DNA of 64,000 nt, from the NCBI GenBank assembly GCA_963514005.1, contig OY740805.1, positions 42,408,001 through 42,472,000 on the forward strand, read 5' to 3'. This document shows positions 35,985-49,300 of this stretch, piece after piece. Position numbers and translations under genes: made by a program. The stretch is from Raja brachyura (Eukaryota). The notes under the pieces were generated by a model that made no database searches, was not told the origin of the DNA, and saw only the letters and a list, made by a program, of their open reading frames with translations. The stretch's first letter is position 1. Every line of letters begins with the position of its first letter.

Positions 35985-36901
35985 GTACGTTAAACAAGAG
36001 CGGAAGATGCAGGTCAGGAAATCCGGGCGGGATTCTCCCAGATTCCCACTGTAACGTCAGTGGAAATCCAGAGCACTCTCCACGGGGCTTCCACCTTCCA
36101 GCGGTAACTGTTGCCCCTGGACAGAGTATCAGTGTCCCGGGAGGTGTGGATAATGGGGTAAAGGGGCAGATGTGACATCTGTGTGTGCATGAGGCGGTGC
36201 CGTGGGAGGAGATTTAACCGGACACAGAGTCACTTGGACTTGTCTCTGTTTCCTGGATGTGATCTCCACTGTGGAGAGACGGGTCACAGATGAGGTGATC
36301 ACTTGGATGAACATCTCTGTTCAGTTCCCCGTTGTCAACCTGAGCTTTCGCTCACTTGTCACTTTCATTGCGTGTCCCGTCCCAGTGTGAGCTCTCCCTC
36401 ACTCTCCTACACTGATCTAATGAGGCTGAGCAGAGGCTGGGGAACCGCCCGCCTTTGAATCCGGCATCTCGCAGCCTTCCACATTCAACATTGTCCTCAA
36501 CCGTTTCACACAATGATCACCATGTTCACATTTTCCCACAGCAACTGTTGGTCGTGGGTGAATCATTGAAACGTCCCCGGACCCACAGTGTATTTATTCA
36601 CCTGTTCCGTTCCTCGTTATTCCCCTCGCCTGCCCTTCACATGTTACACAACATTTGTTTTCCCGCCTTTATTTGCCGCTACACTTGTCTCACACCTGTC
36701 ACCATCTGACATTGTCCAGGCCTGATGAGACCCTGTCAACGTGAACCGGGAATTGTGTTCCCCTCTGCAGCTGCCTGACCCGCGCGGAACTTCCCTCATT
36801 GTCTGCACTTATTTCCAGCCTTGTTTGGATTGACCTCTGACTCTGATAGTCATTGTCTCTGATGCTCATTGTTCAAATGTAACACTGGTTTCTCCTTCCA
36901 G

Positions 36902-36934
36902 AGCTGGAACGGCGCAAATCCATCGTAGAACTTG
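36902..36934 (+). CDS. Butyrophilin-like gene C, juxtamembrane heptad mini-exon
   Basis: tttctccttccag|AGCTGG...CTTG|gtaaga; 33 nt, phase 1-1, reads ELERRKSIVEL. Confidence 0.8.
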
Positions 36935-36974
36935 GTAAGAATTTAGTATAGAAATATTCACAAATGGGAAGGAA

Positions 36975-37130
36975 TGGCCACACAGTGGCGCTGCTGGGAG
37001 AATTGATATCTCACAGTCCCAGAGACCCGGGTTCGATCCTGACCTCGGGTGCTGTCTGTGTGGAGTTTGTATGTTCTCCCTGTGACGGGTTTCCTCCGGG
37101 TGCTCCGGTTTCCTCCCACATCCCGAAGAA
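36975..37130 (+). mobile_element. tRNA-derived SINE, 5' part
   Basis: GGCCACACAGTGGCGC...GACCCGGGTTCGATCCTGACC...TTCTCCC. Confidence 0.75.
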
Positions 37131-37366
37131 ATGCGTGTTTGTGCGTTAATTCAGGAATGCCGATGGTGTACACGCCCCAATCAGCGTCAATGGTGCCGAA
37201 GGACAAATGGGTGAGAGCCTCATGTATCTCGGTGTTAATATCCCAGTGATCTGTTGTGGACCAAGTACAGAGAAGCAACAGCCAATATGTCACCCAATGT
37301 CTCTACTTGCTTAGGGGACTGAGGACATTCAGCATGTCTGGCCGAGATCGCAATTACTGAAAGATA

Positions 37367-40300
37367 TAGATGGAGCCCAGTCCCACACAGACCACACTCC
37401 CCACCATTGTAGATGTAGCCCAGTCCCACACAGACCACACTCCCCACCATTGTAGATGTCGCCCAGTCCCACACAGACCACACTCCCCACCATTGCAGAT
37501 GTGGCCCAGTCCCACACAGACCACACTCCCCACCATTGTAGATGTAGCCCAGTCCATCCCACAGACCACACTCCCCACCATTGTAGATGTAGCCCAGTCC
37601 CACACAGACCACACTCCCCAACATTGTAGATGTAGCCCAGTCCATCATACAGACCACACTCCCCACCATTGCAGATGTGGCCCAGTCCCACACAGACCAC
37701 ACTCCCCACCATTGTAGATGTAGCCCAGTCCATCCCACAGACCACACTCCCCACCATTGTAGATGTAGCCCAGTCCCACACAGACCACACTCCCCAACAT
37801 TGTAGATGTAGCCCAGTCCATCATACAGACCACACTCCACACCATTGTAGATGTGGCCCGGTCCATCACACAGACCACACACCCCAACATTGTAGATGTA
37901 GCCCAGTCCCACACAGACCACACTCCCCACCATTGTAGATGTAGCCCAGTCCCACACAGACCACACTCCGCACCATTGTAGATGTAGCCCAGTCCCACAC
38001 AGACCACACTCCCCACCATTGTAGATGTGACCCAGTCCCACACAGACCACACTCCCCACCATTGTAGATGTAGCCCAGTCCCACACAGACCACACTCCCC
38101 ACCATTGTAGATGTAGCCCAGTCCATCCCACAGACCCCACTCCACCATTGTAGATGTAGCCCAGTCCATCACACAGACCACACTCCACACCATTGCTGAT
38201 GTGGCCCAGTCCCACACAGACCACACTCCCCACCATTGTAGATGTAGCCCAGTCCCACACAGAACACACTCCCCACCATTGTAGATGTGGCCCAGTCCCA
38301 CACAGACCACACTCCCCACCATTGTAGATGTGGCCCAGTCCCACACAGACCACACTCCCCATCATTGTAGATGTAGCCCAGTCCCACACAGACCACACTC
38401 CCCAACATTGTAGATGTAGCCCAGTCCATCATACAGACCACACTCCACACCATTGTAGATGTGGCCCAGTCCATCACACAGACCACACACCCCAACATTG
38501 CAGATGTAGCCCAGTCCCACACAGACCACACTCCCCACCATTGTAGATGTAGCCCAGTCCCACACAGACCACACTCCCCACCATTGTAGATGTAGCCCAG
38601 TCCCACACAGACCACACTCCCCACCATTGTAGATGTAGCCCAGTCCCACACAGACCACACTCCCCACCATTGTAGATGTGACCCAGTCCCACACAGACCA
38701 CACTCCCCACCATTGTAGATGTAGCCCAGTCCCACACAGACCACACTCCCCACCATTGTAGATGTAGCCCAGTCCATCCCACAGACCCCACTCCACCATT
38801 GTAGATGTAGCCCAGTCCATCACACTGACCACACTCCACACCATTGCTGATGTGGCCCAGTCCCACACAGACCACACTCCCCACCATTGTAGATGTAGCC
38901 CAGTCCCACACAGAACACACTCCACACCATTGTAGATGTGGCCCAGTCCCACACAGACCACACTCCCCACCATTGTAGATGTGGCCCAGTCCCACACAGA
39001 CCACACTCCCCATCATTGTAGATGTAGCCCAGTCCCACACAGACCACACTCCCCACCATTGTAGATGCAGCCCAGTCCATCACACAGACCACACTCCCCA
39101 CCATTGTAGATGTGGCCCAGTCCCACACAGACCACACTCCCCACAATTGTAGATGTAGCCCAGTCCCACACAGACCACACTCCCCACCATTGTAGATGTA
39201 GCCCAGTACATCACACAGACCACACTCCCCACCATTGTAGATGTGGCCCAGTCCCACACAGACCACACTCCCCACCATTGTAGATGTAGCCCAGTCCCAC
39301 ACACACCACACTCCCCGCCATTGTAGATGTAGCCCAGTCCCACACAGACCACACTCCCCACCATTGTAGATGTAGCCCAGTCCCACACAGAACACACTCC
39401 CCACCATTGTAGATGTGGCCCAGTCCCACACAGACCACACTCCCCACCATTGTAGATGTGGCCCAGTCCCACACAGACCACACTCCCCATCATTGTAGAT
39501 GTAGCCCAGTCCCACACAGACCACACTCCCCACCATTGTAGATGCAGCCCAGTCCATCACACAGACCACACTCCCCACCATTGTAGATGTGGCCCAGTCC
39601 CACACAGACCACACTCCCCACAATTGTAGATGAAGCCCAGTCCCACACAGACCACACTCCCCACCATTGTAGATGTAGCCCAGTCCATCACACAGACCAC
39701 ACTCCCCACCATTGTAGATGTGGCCCAATCCCACACAGACCACACTCCCCACCATTGTAGATGTAGCCCAGTCCCACACAGACCACACTCCCCGCCATTG
39801 TAGATGTAGCCCAGTCCCAGACAGACCACACTCCCCACCTTTGTAAATGTGGCCCAGTCCCACACAGACCTCACTCCCCACCATTGTAGATGTGGCCCAG
39901 TCCCACACAGACCTCACTCCCCACCATTGTAGATGTGGCCCAGTCCCACACAGACCACACTCCCCACCATTGTAGATGTGGCCCAGTCCCACACAGACCA
40001 CACTCCCCACCATTGTAGATGTAGCCCAGTCCATCCCACAGACCACACTCCCCACCATTGTGGATGCAGCCCAGTCCATCACACAGACCACACTCCCCAC
40101 CATTGTTGATGTAGCCCAGTCCATCCCACAGACCACACTCCCCACCATTGTAGATGTGGCCCGGTCCATCACACAGACCACACACCCCAACATTGTAGAT
40201 GTAGCCCAGTCCCACACAGACCACACTCCCCACCATTGTAGATGTAGCCCAGTCCCACACAGACCACACTCCGCACCATTGTAGATGTAGCCCAGTCCCA

Positions 40301-43300
40301 CACAGACCACACTCCCCACCATTGTAGATGTAGCCCAGTCCCACACAGACCACACTCCCCACCATTGTAGATGTGACCCAGTCCCACACAGACCACACTC
40401 CCCACCATTGCAGATGTAGCCCAGTCCCACACAGACCACACTCCCCACCATTGTAGATGTAGCCCAGTCCATCCCACAGACCCCACTCCACCATTGTAGA
40501 TGTAGCCCAGTCCATCACACAGACCACACTCCACACCATTGCTGATGTGGCCCAGTCCCACACAGACCACACTCCCCACCATTGTAGATGTAGCCCAGTC
40601 CCACACAGAACACACTCCCCACCATTGTAGATGTAGCCCAGTCCCACACAGACCACACTCCCCACCATTGTAGATGTGGCCCAGTCCCACACAGACCACA
40701 CTCCCCATCATTGTAGATGTAGCCCAGTCCCACACAGACCACACTCCCCAACATTGCAGATGTAGCCCAGTCCATCATACAGACCACACTCCACACCATT
40801 GTAGATGTGGCCCAGTCCATCACACAGACCACACACCCCAACATTGTAGATGTAGCCCAGTCCCACACAGACCACACTCCCCACCATTGTAGATGTAGCC
40901 CAGTCCCACACAGACCACACTCCCCACCATTGTAGATGTAGCCCAGTCCCACACAGACCACACTCCCCACCATTGTAGATGTAGCCCAGTCCCACACAGA
41001 CCACACTCCCCACCATTGTAGATGTGATCCAGTCCCACACAGACCACACTCCCCACCATTGTAGATGTAGCCCAGTCCCACACAGACCACACTCCCCACC
41101 ATTGTAGATGTAGCCCAGTCCATCCCACAGACCCCACTCCACCATTGTAGATGTAGCCCAGTCCATCACACTGACCACACTCCACACCATTGCTGATGTG
41201 GCCCAGTCCCACACAGACCACACTCCCCACCATTGTAGATGTAGCCCAGTCCCACACAGAACACACTCCCCACCATTGTAGATGTGGCCCAGTCCCACAC
41301 AGACCACACTCCCCACCATTGTAGATGTGGCCCAGTCCCACACAGACCACACTCCCCATCATTGTAGATGTAGCCCAGTCCCACACAGACCACACTCCCC
41401 ACCATTGTAGATGCAGCCCAGTCCATCACACAGACCACACTCCCCACCATTGTAGATGTGGCCCAGTCCCACACAGACCACACTCCCCACAATTGTAGAT
41501 GTAGCCCAGTCCCACACAGACCACACTCCCCACCATTGTAGATGTAGCCCAGTACATCACACAGACCACACTCCCCACCATTGTAGATGTGGCCCAGTCC
41601 CACACAGACCACACTCCCCACCATTGTAGATGTAGCCCAGTCCCACACACACCACACTCCCCGCCATTGTAGATGTAGCCCAGTCCCACACAGACCACAC
41701 TCCCCACCATTGTAGATGTAGCCCAGTCCCACACAGAACACACTCCCCACCATTGTAGATGTGGCCCAGTCCCACACAGACCACACTCCCCACCATTGTA
41801 GATGTGGCCCAGTCCCACACAGACCACACTCCCCATCATTGTAGATGTAGCCCAGTCCCACACAGACCACACTCCCCACCATTGTAGATGCAGCCCAGTC
41901 CATCACACAGACCACACTCCCCACCATTGTAGATGTGGCCCAGTCCCACACAGACCACACTCCCCACAATTGTAGATGAAGCCCAGTCCCACACAGACCA
42001 CACTCCCCACCATTGTAGATGTAGCCCAGTCCATCACACAGACCACACTCCCCACCATTGTTGATGTAGCCCAGTCCATCCCACAGACCACACTCCCCAC
42101 CATTGTAGATGCGGCCCAGTCCATCACACAGACCACACTCCCCACCATTGTAGATGGAGCCCATTCCCACACAGACCACACTCCCCACCATTGTAGATGT
42201 AGCCCAGTCCCACACAGACCACACTCCCCACCATTGTAGATGTGGCCCAGTCCCACACAGACAACACTCCCCACCATTGTAGATGTACCCCAGTCCCACA
42301 CAGACCACACTCCCCACCATTGTAGATGTGGCCCAGTCTCACACAGACCACACTCCCCACCATTGTAGATGTAGCCCAGTCCATCCCACAGACCACACTC
42401 CCCACCATTGTAGATGTGGCAAAGTCCCACACTGACCACACTCCCCACCATTGTAGATGTAGCCCAGTCCCAGACAGAACACACTCCCCACCATTGTAGA
42501 TGTGGCCCAGTCCCACACAAACCACACTCCCCACCATTGTAGATGTGGCCCAGTCCCACACAGACCACACTCCCCACCATTGTAGATGTGGCCCAGTCCA
42601 TCACACAGACCACACTCCCCACCATTGTAGATGTAGCCCAGTCCCACACAGACCACACTCCCCACCATTGTAGATGTGGCCCAGTCCATCACACAGACCA
42701 CACTCCCCGCCATTGTAGATGTAGCCCAGTCCCAGACAGACCACACTCCCCACCATTGTAGATGAAGCCCAGTCCCACACTGACCACACTCCCCGCCATT
42801 GTAGATGTAGCCCAGTCCATCACACAGACCACACTCCCCACCATTGTTGATGTAGCCCAGTCCATCCCACAGACCACACTCCCCACCATTGTAGATGTGG
42901 CCCAGTCCATCACACAGACCACACTCCCCAACAATGTAGATGTAGCCCAGTCCCACACAGACTACACTCCCCACCATTGTAGATGTAGCCCAGTCCCACA
43001 CAGACCACACTCCCCACCATTGTAGATGTAGCCCAGTCCCACACAGACCACACTCCCCACCATTGTAGATGTGGCCCAGTCCCACACAGACCACACTCCC
43101 CACCATTGTAGATGTGGCCCAGTCCCACACAGACCACACTCCCCACCATTGTAGATGTAGCCCAGTCCATCCCACAGACCACACTCCCCACCATTGTAGA
43201 TGTAGCCCAGTCCATCACACAGACCACACTCCCCACCATTGTAGATGTGGCCCAGTCCCACACAGACCACACCCCCCACCATTGTTGATGTAGCCCAGTC

Positions 43301-46300
43301 CATCCCACAGACCACACTCCACACCATTGTAGATGTGGCCCAGTCCATCACACAGACCACACACCCCAACATTGTAGATGTAGCCCAGTCCCACACAGAC
43401 CACACTCCCCACCATTGTAGATGTAGCCCAGTCCCACACAGACCACACTCCCCACCATTGTAGATGTAGCGCAGTCCCACACAGACCACACTCCCCACCA
43501 TTGTAGATGTAGCCCAGTCCCACACAGACCACACTCCCCACCATTGTAGATGTAGCCCAGTCCCACACAGAACACACTCCCCACCATTGTAGATGTGACC
43601 CAGTCCCACACAGACCACACTCCCCACCATTGTAGATGTAGCCCAGTCCCACACAGACCACACTCCCCACCATTGTAGATGTAGCCCAGTCCATCCCACA
43701 GACCACACTCCACCATTGTAGATGTAGCCCAGTCCATCACACAGACCACACTCCACACCATTGCTGATGTGGCCCAGTCCCACACAGACCACACTCCCCA
43801 ACATTGTAGATGCAGCCCAGTCCCACACAGAACACACTCCCCACCATTGTAGATGTGGCCCAGTCCCACACAGACCACACTCCCCACCATAGTAGATGTG
43901 GCCCAGTCCCACACAGACCACACTCCCCATCATTGTAGATGTAGCCCAGTCCCACACAGACCACACTCCCCACCATTGTAGATGCAGCCCAGTCCATCAC
44001 ACAGACCACACTCCCCACCATTGTAGATGTGGCCCAGTCCCACACAGACCACACTCCCCACAATTGTAGATGTAGCCCAGTCCCACACAGACCACACTCC
44101 CCACCATAGTAGATGTAGCCCAGTCCATCACACAGACCACACTCCCCACCATTGTAGATGTGGCCCAGTCCCACACAGACCACACTCCCCACAATTGTAG
44201 ATGTAGCCCAGTCCTACACAGACCACACTCCCCGCCATTGTAGATGTAGCCCAGTCCCACACAGACCACACTCCCCACCATTGCAGATGTAGCCCAGTCC
44301 CACACAGAACACACTCCCCACCATTGTAGATGTGGCCCAGTCCCACACAGACCACACTCCCCACCATTGTAGATGTGGCCCAGTCCCACACAGACCACAC
44401 TCCCCATCATTGTAGATGTAGCCCAGTCCCACACAGACCACACTCCCCACCATTGTAGATGCAGCCCAGTCCATCACACAGACCACACTCCCCACCATTG
44501 TAGATGTGGCCCAGTCCCACACAGACCACACTCCCCACAATTGTAGATGAAGCCCAGTCCCACACAGACCACACTCCCCACCATTGTAGATGTAGCCCAG
44601 TCCATCACACAGACCACACTCCCCACCATTGTAGATGTGGCCCAGTCCCACACAGACCACACTCCCCACCATTGTAGATGTAGCCCAGTCCCACACAGAC
44701 CACACTCCCCGCCATTGTAGATGTAGCCCAGTCCCACACAGACCACATTCCCCACCATTGGAGATGTAGCCCAGTCCCACACAGAACACACTCCCCACCA
44801 TTGTAGATGTGGCCCAGTCCCACACAGACCACACTCCCCACCATTGTAGATGTGGCCCAGTCCCACACAGACCACACTCCCCATCATTGTAGATGTAGCC
44901 CAGTCCCACACAGACCACACTCCCCACCATTGTAGATGCAGCCCAGTCCATCACACAGACCACACTCCCCACCATTGTAGATGTGGCCCAGTCCCACACA
45001 GACCACACCCCCCACAATTGTAGATGTAGCCCAGTCCCACACAGACCACACTCCCCACCATTGTAGATGTAGCCCAGTCCATCACACAGACCACTCTCCC
45101 CACCATTGTAGATGTGGCCCAGTCCCACACAGACCACACTCCCCACCATTATAGATGTAGCCCAGTCCCACACAGACCACACTCCCCGCCATTGTAGATG
45201 TAGCACAGTCCCAGACAGACCACACTCCCCACCTTTGTAGATGTGGCCCAGTCCCACACAGACCTCACTCCCCACCATTGTAGATGTGGCCCAGTCCCAC
45301 ACAGACCTCACTCCCCACCATTGTAGATGTGGCCCAGTCCCACACAGACCACACTCCCCACCATTGTAGATATGGCACAGTCCCACACAGACCACACTCC
45401 CAACCATTGTAGATGTGGCCCAGTCCCAAACAGACCACACTCCCCACCATTGTAGATGTAGCCCAGTCCATCCCACAGACCACACTCCCCACCATTGTAG
45501 ATGCAGCCCAGTCCATCACACAGACCACACTCCCCACCATTGTAGATGTAGCCCAGTCCATCACACAGACCACACTCCCCACCATTGTAGATGTGGCCCA
45601 GTCCCACACAGACCACACTCCCCTCCATTGTAGATGTAGCCCAGTCCCACACAGACCACACTCCCCGCCATTGTAGATGTAGCCCAGTCCCAGACAGACC
45701 ACACTCCCCACCTTTGTAGATGTGGCCCAGTCCCACACAGACCTCACTCCGCACCATTGTAGATGTGGCCCAGTCCAACACAGACCTCACTCCCCACCAT
45801 TGTAGATGTGGCCCAGTCCCACACAGACCACACTCCCCACCATTGTAGATATGGCCCAGTCCCACACAGACCACACTCCCAACCATTGTAGATGTGGCCC
45901 AGTCCCACACAGACCACACTCCCCACCATTGTAGATGTAGCCCAGTCCATCCCACAGACCACACTCCCCACCATTGTAGATGCAGCCCAGTCCATCACAC
46001 AGACCACACTCCCCACCATTGTTGATGTAGCCCAGTCCATCCCACAGACCACACTCCCCACCATTGTAGATGTGGCCCAGTCCATCACACAGACCACACT
46101 CCCCACCATTGTAGATGTAGCCCAGTCCCACACAGACCACACTCCCCGCCATTTTAGATGTAGCCCAGTCCCAGACAGACCACACTCCCCACCATTGTAG
46201 ATGTGGCCCAGTCCCACACAGACCACACTCCCCACCATTGTAGATGTAGCCCAGTCCATCCCACAGACCACACTCCCCAACATTGTAGATGTAGCCCAGT

Positions 46301-49300
46301 CCCACACAGACTACACTCCCCACCATTGTAGATGTAGCCCAGTCCCACACAGACCACACTCCCCACCATTGTAGATGCAGCCCAGTCCATCACACAGACC
46401 ACACTCCCCACCATTGTAGATGTGGCCCAGTCCATCACACAGACCACACTCCCCACCATTGTAGATGTGGCCCAGTCCATCCCACAGACCACACTCCACA
46501 CCATTGTAGATGTGGCCCAGTCCATCACACAGACCACACACCCCAACATTGTAGATGTAGCCCAGTCCCACACAGACCACACTCCCCACCATTGTAGATG
46601 TAGCCCAGTCCCACACAGACCACACTCCCCACCATTGTAGATGTAGCGCAGTCCCACACAGACCACACTCCCCACCATTGTAGATGTAGCCCAGTCCCAC
46701 ACAGACCACACTCCCCACCATTGTAGATGTGACCCAGTCCCACACAGACCACACTCCCCACCATTGTAGATGTAGCCCAGTCCCACACAGACCACACTCC
46801 CCACCATTGTAGATGTAGCCCAGTCCATCCCACAGACCACACTCCACCATTGTAGATGTAGCCCAGTCCATCACACAGACCACACTCCACACCATTGCTG
46901 ATGTGGCCCAGTCCCACACAGACCACACTCCCCAACATTGTAGATGCAGCCCAGTCCCACACAGAACACACTCCCCACCATTGTAGATGTGGCCCAGTCC
47001 CACACAGACCACACTCCCCACCATTGTAGATGTGGCCCAGTCCCACACAGACCACACTCCCCATCATTGTAGATGTAGCCCAGTCCCACACAGACCACAC
47101 TCCCCACCATTGTAGATGCAGCCCAGTCCATCACACAGACCACACTCCCCACCATTGTAGATGTGGCCCAGTCCCACACAGACCACACTCCCTACCATTG
47201 TAGATGTAGCCCAGTCCTACACAGACCACACTCCCCGCCATTGTAGATGTAGCCCAGTCCCACACAGACCACACTCCCCATCATTGTAGATGTAGCCAGT
47301 CCCACACAGACCACACTCCCCACCACTGTAGATGCAGCCCAGTCCATCACACAGACCACACTCCCCACCATTGTAGATGTGGCCCAGTCCCACACAGACC
47401 ACACTCCCCACAATTGTAGATGAAGCCCAGTCCCACACAGACCACACTCCCCACCATTGTAGATGTAGCCCAGTCCATCACACAGACCACACTCCCCACC
47501 ATTGTAGATGTGGCCCAGTCCCACACAGACCACACTCCCCACCATTGTAGATGTAGCCCAGTCCCACACAGACCACACTCCCCGCCATTGTAGATGTAGC
47601 CCAGTCCCACACAGACCACACTCCCCACCATTGTAGATGTAGCCCAGTCCCACACAGAACACACTCCCCACCATTGTAGATGTGGCCCAGTCCCACACAG
47701 ACCACACTCCCCACCATTGTAGATGTGGCCCAGTCCCACACAGACCACACTCCCCATCATTGTAGATGTAGCCCAGTCCCACACAGACCACACTCCCCAC
47801 CATTGTAGATGCAGCCCAGTCCATCACACAGACCACACTCCCCACCATTGTAGATGTGGCCCAGTCCCACACAGACCACACCCCCCACAATTGTAGATGT
47901 AGCCCAGTCCCACGCAGACCACACTCCCCACCATTGTAGATGTAGCCCAGTCCATCACACAGACCACACTCCCCACCATTGTAGATGTGGCCCAGTCCCA
48001 CACAGACCACACTCCCCACCATTGTAGATGTAGCCCAGTCCCACACAGACCACACTCCCCGCCATTGTAGATGTAGCCCAGTCCCAGACAGACCACACTC
48101 CCCACCTTTGTAGATGTGGCCCAGTCCCACACAGACCTCACTCCGCACCATTGTAGATGTGGCCCAGTCCAACACAGACCTCACTCCCCACCATTGTAGA
48201 TGTGGCCCAGTCCCACACAGACCACACTCCCCACCATTGTAGATATGGCCCAGTCCCACACAGACCACACTCCCAACCATTGTAGATGTGGCCCAGTCCC
48301 ACACAGACCACACTCCCCACCATTGTAGATGTAGCCCAGTCCATCCCACAGACCACACTCCCCACCATTGTAGATGCAGCCCAGTCCATCACACAGACCA
48401 CACTCCCCACCATTGTTGATGTAGCCCAGTCCATCCCACAGACCACACTCCCCACCATTGTAGATGTGGCCCAGTCCATCACACAGACCACACTCCCCAC
48501 CATTGTAGATGTAGCCCAGTCCCACACAGACCACACTCCCCGCCATTTTAGATGTAGCCCAGTCCCAGACAGACCACACTCCCCACCATTGTAGATGTGG
48601 CCCAGTCCCACACAGACCACACTCCCCACCATTGTAGATGTAGCCCAGTCCATCCCACAGACCACACTCCCCAACATTGTAGATGTAGCCCAGTCCCACA
48701 CAGACTAAACTCCCCACCATTGTAGATGTAGCCCAGTCCCACACAGACCACACTCCCCACCATTGTAGATGCAGCCCAGTCCATCACACAGACCACACTC
48801 CCCACCATTGTAGATGTGGCCCAGTCCATCACACAGACCACACTCCCCACCATTGTAGATGTGGCCCAGTCCATCCCACAGACCACACTCCACACCATTG
48901 TAGATGTGGCCCAGTCCATCACACAGACCACACACCCCAACATTGTAGATGTAGCCCAGTCCCACACAGACCACACTCCCCACCATTGTAGATGTAGCCC
49001 AGTCCCACACAGACCACACTCCCCACCATTGTAGATGTAGCGCAGTCCCACACAGACCACACTCCCCACCATTGTAGATGTAGCCCAGTCCCACACAGAC
49101 CACACTCCCCACCATTGTAGATGTGACCCAGTCCCACACAGACCACACTCCCCACCATTGTAGATGCAGCCCAGTCCATCACACAGACCACACTCCCCAC
49201 CATTGTAGATGTGGCCCAGTCCCACACAGACCACACTCCCTACCATTGTAGATGTAGCCCAGTCCTACACAGACCACACTCCCCGCCATTGTAGATGTAG

